This document shows, one piece after another, positions 13,039 through 23,472 of a stretch of DNA of 64,000 bases. The stretch is from contig CM061246.1 in assembly GCA_022605425.2 (NCBI GenBank), positions 1,364,001 through 1,428,000 of the forward strand. The letters run 5' to 3'. A model generated the notes under the pieces. That model was given only the letters and a program-made list of their open reading frames with translations, made no database searches and was not told the DNA's origin. The DNA is from Hamiltosporidium tvaerminnensis FI-OER-3-3. Lineage: Eukaryota > Fungi > Microsporidia. The position numbers and the translations under genes are program-made. Positions within the stretch are counted from its first letter, which is position 1; each line of letters begins with the position of its first letter.

Positions 13039-13123
13039 TTGTGTAATTTATCCGAGCTATACTCAGGCAAGTAGTTTGCTCACACAGTGATTTGCCTGAG
13101 CTGAGCTCGGATAAATCATACAA
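13039..13123. repeat. 85-nt near-perfect inverted repeat (MITE remnant or pre-miRNA-like hairpin)
   Basis: ttgtgtaatttatccgagct..ctcaggcaa / ttgcctgag..agctcggataaatcatacaa; stem of about 30 bp. Confidence 0.85.
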
Positions 13124-14407
13124 TCAAATTTTTACAGTAATTTACTAAATAGACTATAAATAACCATTTTCACAGATCTAGAAAACGTATTTCGCTCGTA
13201 AGATGTGATATATCTAAATTTGATCTTTTAGAAATAATTAGTCACCGACTACTCGTTTTCAGTTAGTTTATGCGCCATTATAGTGTTCTGTGCAATAAAA
13301 CTCTGTATTTATATATTTTATTATCTATTTAGCTTATTTTAAATGTAATTTTTTTTTAAATTTTTAGGAAATGTTTGTTGAAAATGAAAAATTTTTCTTT
13401 GTCCTTTGTTTTCTTCCATCTTTTTATTTGTAATTTATCCTTTAAACTAATTCATTATATTTTAACTTTATTCAAAAAAATGGATTTAAAAGGAGAAGCT
13501 TTTTTTTCAATTTCTTTTTATCTCGGGGTCGACTACAGAAGTGGTTTATATACCTAATTTTTTGCATATTAAATATCAAACTTAAAAGGTAACGAATAAA
13601 TATTCAATCACCGTTCAAATTTTTTATTCCATCGCTTTATTTAAGTAATAATAATAAATAGAATATAATAATGTCTCGGCTTCTCTATTGAAATACTATG
13701 CAAGCATATCCAAATGATTCGTCTCTTTGGTGAAATAGAAACGAATTTTAGTTGCAAGTTTGTTCTTTTTTAAGACTTTAGCTCTATTTATCTAAAATAT
13801 ATTACGCTCCTACAAATTATTTACTTAAACTAAGTATTGTGGTTTGATTTTAAAATCTTAATTTAAAATTTTAGTAATTTGCTTAATTTAAGTTCTAACT
13901 AATATTTCGTTCGGATTATTTATAAATTTGATTATTTTTTAGAAACCACAATTTTTTATTTGTCACAAAAATGAATTATGATTTATATATCTTAAAATTA
14001 CAAACAATAAGATGTGTTTTATTATTGCAAAAAATGCAATAAAAATGACTTTCTTTTAATTAATAATAATTTATACAGCATTTAATTATTTCACTAACTA
14101 TGTTTCTTCATTATAATTTAAATTTTTTGATTTTATTGTAAATGCAGGAGATATTGATAAAAATTCGTTTTCAATAATTAAATTAAAAATTAGTGAAAAA
14201 AATACACTACGCATTTTTAAATTACTTGAATATATCCACTACTTGACATATATTTAGCTATTAAAATATTTATAAGTGTCAAAAAAAGTAAATTTTTTTT
14301 GCGCCAATCATAATCTAAGATTCAAAATATGAAATATTTTATTGGTCAAATAATTAAGCTAAAAAAGCAAGAATATATTTTTTCAAAAAAAATCACCGTC
14401 AAAAAAA

Positions 14408-15685
14408 ATGATATTCAAAGAAAGTGGATTTATACACATATTTTATTTTTTATTGCTGTTATTTGATGTATTGGTTTGTACAGATGAAGAAAAAAATAAA
14501 AAATCTATTTCTAATGATACACCAGTAGTAGCTAGAATTTCTGGCCATAAAAAAGATGTTTCTAATGATACGATTCGATTTAAAAACAACGAAGGAAGCA
14601 ACGAACATTTGAGTATACCGTATAAATGTAAAAAAATGATTGAAGATTCGAAAAGAATAGTAAAAAAAAAATTTAATAATTTTTCGGAAAAAATCAAGCA
14701 AAATTTTTCGTCTAAAAATAAGAAAAAACATAAAAAAGTATCATACGAAATAAAAATAGAGCCTCTTTTATCTCCAACTGCTAATTTTTACGGTGATAAT
14801 GATACAGAAACGCCCTCTTCTAATAAACCACAGACTCCAAAAGGAATTTTAAAAGAACCAAATCTAGAATATAAGAATCAAAAAAAAGTACGATTTGTTG
14901 ATGATCTCGGGACTAATGAATCTGAAATCATATCCTCCAAACTCACCCCTACATATATAGAAAATAGCATTCAAAATCGAAATACTCCACAAGAAAATCG
15001 TAAAAGCTTCTGTCCAAACTGCAAATATTGCAAAAAATGTATAGATGCGGCTCAATACGATATATATTCTCCACAGGATAGAGATAAAGATCAACATAAT
15101 ATACATGGAAAACAACATGCACCTTCATTGCCACCAAACCAACATAGAGGTTTATCTTCTGCACAAAATGAATCATCTAACCCACTTATATATCAAGAAG
15201 ATGTTTATATGCCTATATATGCACAGGATAGACGTTTTCCAAGACCTTTCTCTAATGCTCCAGAATCTTTAGGAACATTTCAAGCTTTAGAAAAAAAAGA
15301 TTATCCACCGAATTATATTAATCAAAACACAATACAAAGACCTTTACATCCTCCTCCACCGCCACCCCCACAAAAACAACCTACGCAAGAGGGTTCTCTA
15401 TCATCTTTTAATCAAACTAGCAAAATTATTTCACCGCCACCGCCACCGCCACCGCCACCGCCACCGCCACCGCCACCGCCACCGCCACCGCCACCGCCAC
15501 CGCCACCGCCACCGCAACAACGATTTGCTCCAAAGCATCAAAAACAGTCTTCATCATCTCTAACTACAATTACACAACCAACTGATGTTACCTCACCCAA
15601 TAAAAATAAAATCGCTAAAGATGATGATGCTCTGATAGAAGAACTCAAACGAAGATTAGTGAAAAGAAGAAAAAACATGGGATAA
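14408..15685 (+). CDS. Secreted proline-rich protein with GILK + RVxF motifs (candidate effector)
   Basis: 425-aa ORF with signal-like FIHIFYFLLLLFDVLVC, KGILK..KKVRF, CPNCKYCKKC, P7 and P27 tracts, and C-terminal ALIEELKRRL helix. Confidence 0.85.
   Translation: MIFKESGFIHIFYFLLLLFDVLVCTDEEKNKKSISNDTPVVARISGHKKDVSNDTIRFKNNEGSNEHLSIPYKCKKMIEDSKRIVKKKFNNFSEKIKQNFSSKNKKKHKKVSYEIKIEPLLSPTANFYGDNDTETPSSNKPQTPKGILKEPNLEYKNQKKVRFVDDLGTNESEIISSKLTPTYIENSIQNRNTPQENRKSFCPNCKYCKKCIDAAQYDIYSPQDRDKDQHNIHGKQHAPSLPPNQHRGLSSAQNESSNPLIYQEDVYMPIYAQDRRFPRPFSNAPESLGTFQALEKKDYPPNYINQNTIQRPLHPPPPPPPQKQPTQEGSLSSFNQTSKIISPPPPPPPPPPPPPPPPPPPPPPPPPPPQQRFAPKHQKQSSSSLTTITQPTDVTSPNKNKIAKDDDALIEELKRRLVKRRKNMG
15434..15514 (+). 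repeat. Perfect (CCGCCA)n coding microsatellite encoding poly-Pro27
   Basis: 81 nt of uninterrupted ccgcca units. Confidence 0.95.
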
Positions 15686-16864
15686 GAAGATTAAACTATA
15701 TGATATTTTCTTTATAAATTTCTTTCTCTATGATTTTATTTATTAACCTCTTTATATTCCCACAAAAAATTATATATTTGAGAATAAAACATTATAATCT
15801 AATTTGACGAATCCGAGTAACCGAAGTTGATATTCTGGCAACAAACATCTTTTTTATAGATTCTAACAATAAATGAAGTCATATTGAGCCAAATTTAATC
15901 ATTATTGATAATTGTATTTCTTTTATTAAAATATTTAGAATTATATATGTTTCAATAATTTTCATTTGTCTAATCTTGAATTATTTTGGCTGTTTCTAAA
16001 GAATTTTAAAATCAATATTATTAAGAGCACTATTTTACATGCCTTATATTAGATACAAAAAAAAACAAGTTTTTGAAGGTAATTTTTTTCAAGCCTATAT
16101 TCTTGTAATTTAACATCTTTAATTGCTTAAAAAAAGGAAACTATTAACACAAATCCAATCTTTTTTAAAAATCTTTGAATCTTTATAAATTTATAGTTCA
16201 ATAGAAAAACATATATTATTTCTAATTTTAAATATCTTTTTTTTGACTGAAATTATGAAGTTTAGTTAGAGAATTCAAAAAAAGAATCAGACTCGAATTT
16301 TCTTTTTTTGGATAAAAATAAATTAATTTTGTTCTTTTGTTTTTATCATTGATAAATGTAATAAAAAAATAGTTTATCTTTGAACTTTCAGTCCAATACT
16401 AAAATGTCTTTATTGTTAAGTTTTTATTTTTTTCGGTTTTTTAAGATAGAAATTTTTTGAAGCAAAAAAATTCTATTGATTTGAAATCAATTTGACAAAA
16501 TAATCTGAGGTAAAACAAAATGATTAAATTTGATTGTTTTGTTAACTATTTAAAGTGAATGAAACTTTTAAAAAATATTATTATTAATTCGAACTTATAC
16601 CTAAAAATTTAATATCTTCATGACAAGGATGCTGTATCAATTTCTTTGTAGTGTACTATAGGAATACAATTATTAGTTTACAAATTTATTGGAGAATAAA
16701 ACCTCTTAATATAATTATATGGCTTATTATTTATTTATATTAGATAATATTTATTAAATACCAAATCATCAGTTCTATACACTTGTAAACTGATTAATTA
16801 TAGAAATATTTTTAATCAATTTTGGAAATTATCACAATCCAAGAATAAATATTAATTCTGAAAC

Positions 16865-17845
16865 ATGTTTGATAAATGTTTTAAAATGAATATAAATACC
16901 AAAGAAATATTGTGGACAATAATGGCAAAAAGTAGAAAAAATCAAAATACAAAAAAATACCAAAAAAATTCAAAGAAAGATAATAATGAATCTAATATGG
17001 ATGAGAGTGGATACGATAATAAAGTTGTAAGTGGTGTAGATTCGTCATATAAAACGGAGTACGAAAAGTACTGTGAACATGTTTTAAAAGAAGAGAACGA
17101 CGTTACAGATAATGGGGCATTGGAAATTATTGAAAAGCAGATATTGAAAGATAAAGAAGTAAATAACTCTTCCGTGCTTAATTCAGAATTAAATATAAGT
17201 AATTCGGCTACATTAGACGAGTCTGAACTTGTTTCTACAGAAAGTATAAAGTCTAATAAGCGATTGATTGCAATTAGTAACCGAGATGTAGTAAATTTAA
17301 TTAATGAACATGAAGAAGTAACAAGAATCAAAACCGATAAGACCAAAATTATGGGACAAAAACCATTTTTGGGTTTGGAAGAAGATTTAAAGAATAAAAT
17401 AAAAGAAACGGAAATTATGAATGAAGAAGAAAGTAGGAATATAGGAAATCTTCTTAATAACCAAGCAATTAAAGAGTCAATAATTAAAAGATCCGCAATT
17501 CTTAATACCGGGTGTCGAGTTAATATAACAGATTTTTCTAAGGAGGGAGAAATACACGTTGTTGAATTGTTAAAAGAAAAAAACGATTGCGGAAAACCGC
17601 TATTTCAAGCTGAAAACGCACTTTCATATGCAAAACAAACGCAGGAAGAAAAAGAGAAAAAAAAATGCACTCAGAAATTTTCTTCATTCCAAAATGCTGA
17701 TATGATGCAACCACATGAATTTAATAATATAACGGAAGTAAAGTATGTTGAAGAAGTAAAATGCCCTTCGCGTGTAAGAAGAGTTAGTAAATTTAAAAAG
17801 CTTATTTCACGTATCAGTCAAATATTTGTTTGCGGTGGTACTTGA
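16865..17845 (+). CDS. Hypothetical hydrophilic protein with basic amphipathic C-terminus ending ..FVCGGT
   Basis: 326-aa ORF; the start may be the later ATG at 16922 (MAKSRK). Confidence 0.75.
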   Translation: MFDKCFKMNINTKEILWTIMAKSRKNQNTKKYQKNSKKDNNESNMDESGYDNKVVSGVDSSYKTEYEKYCEHVLKEENDVTDNGALEIIEKQILKDKEVNNSSVLNSELNISNSATLDESELVSTESIKSNKRLIAISNRDVVNLINEHEEVTRIKTDKTKIMGQKPFLGLEEDLKNKIKETEIMNEEESRNIGNLLNNQAIKESIIKRSAILNTGCRVNITDFSKEGEIHVVELLKEKNDCGKPLFQAENALSYAKQTQEEKEKKKCTQKFSSFQNADMMQPHEFNNITEVKYVEEVKCPSRVRRVSKFKKLISRISQIFVCGGT

Positions 17846-19151
17846 AATAAAAATGTTTTATAAAGATTCAAGAATTTGATCTTTAATTGATATTTTTTTA
17901 TTTTCCTTTTCGGTAACCAAATCGTCAAAACACTAAATTTTATTCCTTAATTATTTTTTTTCCTATTTTTTACTAGATTTGAAGCCAATAAATTACTAAA
18001 ATAGTAATTTAATTACAAAAATTTTTTTAAAATTAACGGAACTTTAATCTAAACAACCTATCATTCATTAGTAATTTTTGTTATATATGCTCGCATATGA
18101 ATTTATTTTCTATAGAATTACAAATTTACACTTTGTATTCCAAATATATTTTATCGAATTATTTATACTAATTAATCAACAAAATGCTTACTAAATGCGC
18201 AACTTTGGCGCAGGTATTTTGTATTAAATTTATTCCGGATTTAATTAATCAAAAAATGCTTAGCGATTTTAAAATTTATTTGAAACCATACTTAAAGCTT
18301 ATTTTTAAGTGAAATATTAAAATAAAAAATGTTATTTAAACTAAGTTTATAATACAGTAAAGTGGTGACTATTTACAAATAGACTAAATATTTATTTCTT
18401 GATCAAAAAAGCTGTAATTTGTCTTGTGCACTCAGTATTTTCAAAAAATAAATCCAAGAACTCTATTTAACCTAAAAGTTTAATAATTCAAGCTTAAAAT
18501 TCACTCTAATGCAGTTAAATGTATAATGAATATCAATAATACTGGGTATCAATAATGTATCAGTAAAAAAAAACCATTGTTAATATATTTAAAGAAAAAA
18601 ATATAATTTTTTGATAAATCTATTCATACATTGAACTAAATTTAAACCAACGTATTTTTTAAAAATAAATTAATTAAAACATTGAATATAGATGGTAATT
18701 GTGAATTTTATAAAAAAAATTTAATTGGAAATAAATTACTGATTGATATGAAAAAGTAAAAATCTAGGAATTTCTTTAAGTAGGAAACGATCTGTGTGGT
18801 TTTATCTTTTTGAAATTCAAGACTATACATTAAAAATTTGATTTATACACATAAAAATCCGTGTTTTCTTTTACTTGCTAGCTAAGGATATAAGATAAAT
18901 TTAAGAAAATTAAAATTCAGATATCTATATTTACAATCATCAACTACTATCATAAATAAAAAATAAAATATAGAAAGTGATTATTAGATAATACAACTAA
19001 ATTTCAAGATATTTTATTTTTTTAAATTATTAATTTCCAATTAAAAAATAGTTGAAAATTAAGATTTTTTTACACAAACGTTAAATTAATTTTAAGACTT
19101 TCTATATTCAAACAGTGAAATATAAAAACTTACAAATTTTGAAACAATAGT

Positions 19152-19883
19152 TTACATTTTGTTCATAAATCTAATAATATTCATAAAATCATCATCAAAG
19201 GGTTCCCCATGATATAAATAACCATCTACAATCTTTTTTTCTAACATTTTTTTGATAAATATATAATTTAATCGACCTGAAAATATTATTTTGGCCGTAA
19301 TTAGATATATATCCAATGCCTTTTTAATATAAGCCACTTTGTTCTTCAATCTAAGTTCAAAATAACTATAATCTTGAATAAAGAACCATTCTGGTTCATA
19401 AATAACTGTAATTTCATTCCAAAGATTTTGTTGTAACGTTGAAAAGTATTTTGTTAACTGAACTAACAGATTGTATGCTTCCATGTCGGTTTCATATTCC
19501 TCTTTCGTGTTTATCAAGTACAAAATTACTTTTAACTTATTTTTATAGCAACAGATCAACTTTTGTGAAATTATATTTTGAGTTTCGTTCATATCGAAAA
19601 TTCTTTCAGCTGAACCCAAAATTACAGTTTTAATCTGAATATCTAAAAGATTCCTTATGGTTATTCCCGAACAATATTCGTTGTTTTCATCAAATTCAAT
19701 ACAGTCTGGTGCTACCAAACGTATGAACTTAGGAAAAGTTTCTCTCGCTAAAAGTAGATGGGTCAAAGGAACAGTCATATAACACTCTATGTTTTCAAAC
19801 GCATCCTCTTCAATATTTTCCATATAATTTATTTTTTCTGGTAGTTTTACATTGCGCCAATGAACAAGAATTATTTTTTTCAT
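19152..19883 (-). CDS. Triosephosphate isomerase-like protein with degenerate active site
   Basis: TPI length and motif order: IILVHWR (NWK), VILGSAER (VILGHSER), VIYEPEW (AYEPVW), IIFSGRL (IIYGGSV), VDGYLYHG (IDGFLVGG). Confidence 0.8.
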   Translation of the reverse strand: MKKIILVHWRNVKLPEKINYMENIEEDAFENIECYMTVPLTHLLLARETFPKFIRLVAPDCIEFDENNEYCSGITIRNLLDIQIKTVILGSAERIFDMNETQNIISQKLICCYKNKLKVILYLINTKEEYETDMEAYNLLVQLTKYFSTLQQNLWNEITVIYEPEWFFIQDYSYFELRLKNKVAYIKKALDIYLITAKIIFSGRLNYIFIKKMLEKKIVDGYLYHGEPFDDDFMNIIRFMNKM

Positions 19884-21434
19884 TCTTTCCTTGCCAAAGA
19901 TAAATTTATCCTTTTAAAAAACAAATTTAAACTTTATTAAAATTTATACAAATTGTTATTCAAAATTTCATTCTCTATTTGAAATCAAAGAACAAATTTT
20001 TATTCTATCTAATTTTATGATCAATCGAAATTTATATAGCAAACTTATAAAAAAAAATATCCAACAGTCTTCTCAATATTTTATTTTTAATTTACTTCAT
20101 ATTCTCTTTTTATAGGAGTATTATTTTATGGTTATTGTTCTTTTGATAAATTGCAGTCTATAATTTAAATTGCTCAATCTTAATTAACAATAAAAGATTT
20201 TATATAAAAATGTTTGAATAAAAATATAATTCAGTAAGTATTGCTTTGGTCGGATTTGGAAATTTATGTAAAATATTTCATTTTAAGAATTCTTTTTAAA
20301 ATTTATACTGTAAATAAATATATCAAAGAATCTAGCCGAGAATTAATTCTAAGAATTCCTTTTTCACCGAGAAATCAAATTTTTGAATTTGATATTTACC
20401 GTTTATAAAATTTTAAGCTTCGTCTTAGATTTTACTTTTTATAAGAAATTCTTGATAGTTTTTTTAAATTCAAATTAATCTCGAATCATAGGACAAGTTT
20501 CTTACAATTGAAAAAAATATACATTTTAATCTGCACCAAAGACAAGTATTCTTATCTTTATACTTTTATTAATACTTTATTAATACAAATATTCAAAAAT
20601 CTGAATTTTTGAAAATTTAATCGCAAAAATTTTGCTTGAAACTCATAAAAAAAATTGCTATTTAAAATTGACAAAATATTTATATTAACCGTAAGAAATT
20701 CGTAATTAAAAATGTTAAATAACAATTTTTTGTATTTACCTTATTTCCAGAAAAAAAATGCTTTTTTTCTCTCTTCTATATATTTTCAATCATCGGTTCA
20801 ATCAATTATTTTCCTTTTATAAATCCGATAATTCATTAAAATTTATCTTAAATTCCTATATGTTGTTAGGCTCTCTAAAATAAAGGTATCTTATTTTTCC
20901 TTTAGATTTTCTAACAAAATTTTGTATTACTTGGTTTTCTTATACAGGCATTTGTTTCTATCACAATCTGCACATTTTACAATACACATGGATTCTTTTC
21001 AGGTCTCTTCTGTAATTAGCTTTGAAACCGTTTTTCTCAGTTCATCAAATTATACTCGTTCGACTTTCTTTCAGAGTATATTGAATGCTTTTATACCCTA
21101 AATTCATATGTATCTGAAGTTTCTTGTGTTATATTTTATGGTTTGTTACAATATAATCCCAGATTATCACATATACCATCATCTCCAATACCCTAAATTC
21201 ATATGAATCTAATGTTTCTTGAGTTATATTTTATGGTTTGTTACAATATAATCCCAGATTATCACATATACCATTATCTCTATATATAAATAAAAGCCAA
21301 GTAATTGCCTAGAAAATTGTTCTTACTTATATTTTCAGTTAAAAATATTTAAAGCAATTTTTATGAAATAATCCCATTCTCTATGACTGCAAACTTATTT
21401 TATTTACAAATTAAAATAAAAATATCTGGTCTAT

Positions 21435-21662
21435 AGATGGAGAGAGGATAACCACATTAAAAACCATCTGGTTCTCAATGAAAGTGTAAAATTAATGTGA
21501 AAATCATTATTGACATTTTGGTAGGATATAAACCACATTTGATCTATAAGTCAATCCCCTATAATCCCCGAGTAATAACAGATTAAACGAAGCAATTGGA
21601 AATTTTCCAGTTTTCATCTTCCACACCAAGAGGTAAAAGAGGAATGGAATAAGGTAATAAGT
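21435..21662 (+). mobile_element. Family B SINE-like insertion with 13-bp TSD
   Basis: Direct repeat ATATCTGGTCTAT at 21422-21434 and 21663-21675; ends GGAATAAGGTAATAAGT. Confidence 0.85.
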
Positions 21663-21810
21663 ATATCTGGTCTATTATTCCAATATTTCGATATCAGTTT
21701 TTATTCTGGTGTAACACCAATTTCCACGTGTTTATTTTAAGACTTTCTTAAGCAGAGTAACTCTTATTTCGTTTTTGATTTAAATTTTAATTTATCTAAT
21801 AAATAAATGT

Positions 21811-21856
21811 TGAGGAAGTCAAAGCTCGTGCAGGGCTGTAGCGCCGATGATAAATA
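21811..21856 (+). mobile_element. Severely 5'-truncated RTE 3' end
   Basis: aaagctcgtgcagggctgtagcgccgatga matches the 3' end of the 12.7-kb element; flanked by aataaataaatgt / aataaacaaatgt. Confidence 0.7.
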
Positions 21857-23309
21857 AATAAACAAATGTATAAACTCAACCAACAATAAAAATTAAAGTA
21901 AAAATATTTCTCAATAAACTAAAACCAGACTATTACTAAAAACTCTACTTGTAATATATATTTCTAAACTCTTACATTTTATAAAATACCTATTTATACT
22001 TTCAATAATAAAAAACATAAGTTCATTGAAAGAAAAATTCAAACATTTGATTATCTAAAGAAAATATTAATTTCTTTAAAGTTAAATTATAGAATAAAAA
22101 ACATAAGTTCATCGAACACTCCAATAATTCAAACATTTGATTATCTAAAGAAAATATTAATTTCTTTAAAGTTAAATTATAGAATAAAAAACATAAATTT
22201 ATCGAACACTTGAATAATTCTAAACATTTGATTATCTAAAGTTAAATTATATAATTACAAAAATAACTGTGTTGAGATATTTTGAAACTAATATTTTAGA
22301 CTGATAAAATATACTTAGTATTAATTGCTTTAAAATATTATCATAATAATTATGTTATATACTCGAATATTTAAAATGATTATATTTAATACTTTAGTTA
22401 TATTTTCATTTTTATTTCCTATCTAAGTAAATTTTATATTCGATACTATTTTTTTATATTAAAAATTAATATTTTGCTTTTTTCATTGTATTTTAATAAG
22501 AATATATAAAGTACTTGTTTGTCTTTATAATTATTTCTTCTTAATTAATATATGTGTATGAGAATAGTAATTGTATTTTCTTTAGCCTTTTCAAGTTTTC
22601 ATGTTCAATTCTAAAAATATTTGTTCTTCACTATAATTATAATATAGGTATATGTGTATGAGAATAGTAATTTTATTTTCTTTAACCTTTTCGAGTGTTC
22701 ATGTTCAATTCTAAAATATTTGTTCTTTACTATAATTATATTCTTAAATTAAAATAATAATTTCAACTCTGATTAAAAACATTGATTGAATTATAAACTA
22801 ATTTCAACTGCTGTTTTAAGATATATTGTAATTATTCATAATAAGTAAATATTTAATTATCTCATACATAATTATTTTGGAATCTTATATATAGACAATA
22901 CTTTATTCCTTCACAATAAATATTCATTTTTTTTTCTATTCTTGTTTATTTTATAATTCTAAGGTGTAAATCGCGATTCCTGTGTTTATTAGAGTTATTA
23001 TAATTAATTTCTTATAAAAAATTATCAAATAATTTTCCTTTTTTTTTGTATTTTAACATTGATTTTTTTTCTGGTAACTATTTTTATATTTACACATATT
23101 CCTTTTCAAGAATTTCATGGACAGAATGCCTCTGAAATTTTTCTAAAGTTTTAAGTTTTTAGATATACAGTGATTCCTTTTCAAGAATTTTCAAATTTTT
23201 CTAAAGTTTTATACTTTTCTAAAGTTTTAAGTTTTTAGAATACAGTGATTCAAAAATAATCTAATCGTTATAAATAAAATAAAAATATCGTTTTTTTAAA
23301 TAAAATAAT

Positions 23310-23450
23310 AAACTCTAATAAAAATACAAACTCTAATAAAAATACAAATTTTAATAGAAAATACAAATTTTAATAAAAAATACAAATTTTAATAGAAAAT
23401 ACAAATTTAAATAGAAAATACAAATTTTAATAAAAATACAAATTTTAATT
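23310..23450. repeat. ~19-bp AT-rich minisatellite downstream of the AAA ATPase
   Basis: aaaatacaaattttaata(g/a) repeated about 7 times. Confidence 0.85.
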
Positions 23451-23472
23451 AAAATTTAAATATAAAATATAT

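Larger units (their letters stand above)
20990..21885 (-). mobile_element. Decayed R4/Dong-like RLE fragment carrying two nested insertions and an internal duplication
   Basis: Removing 21435-21662 restores NNRPDIFIL coding sequence; about 95-bp duplication at ~21094/21189. Confidence 0.75.
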
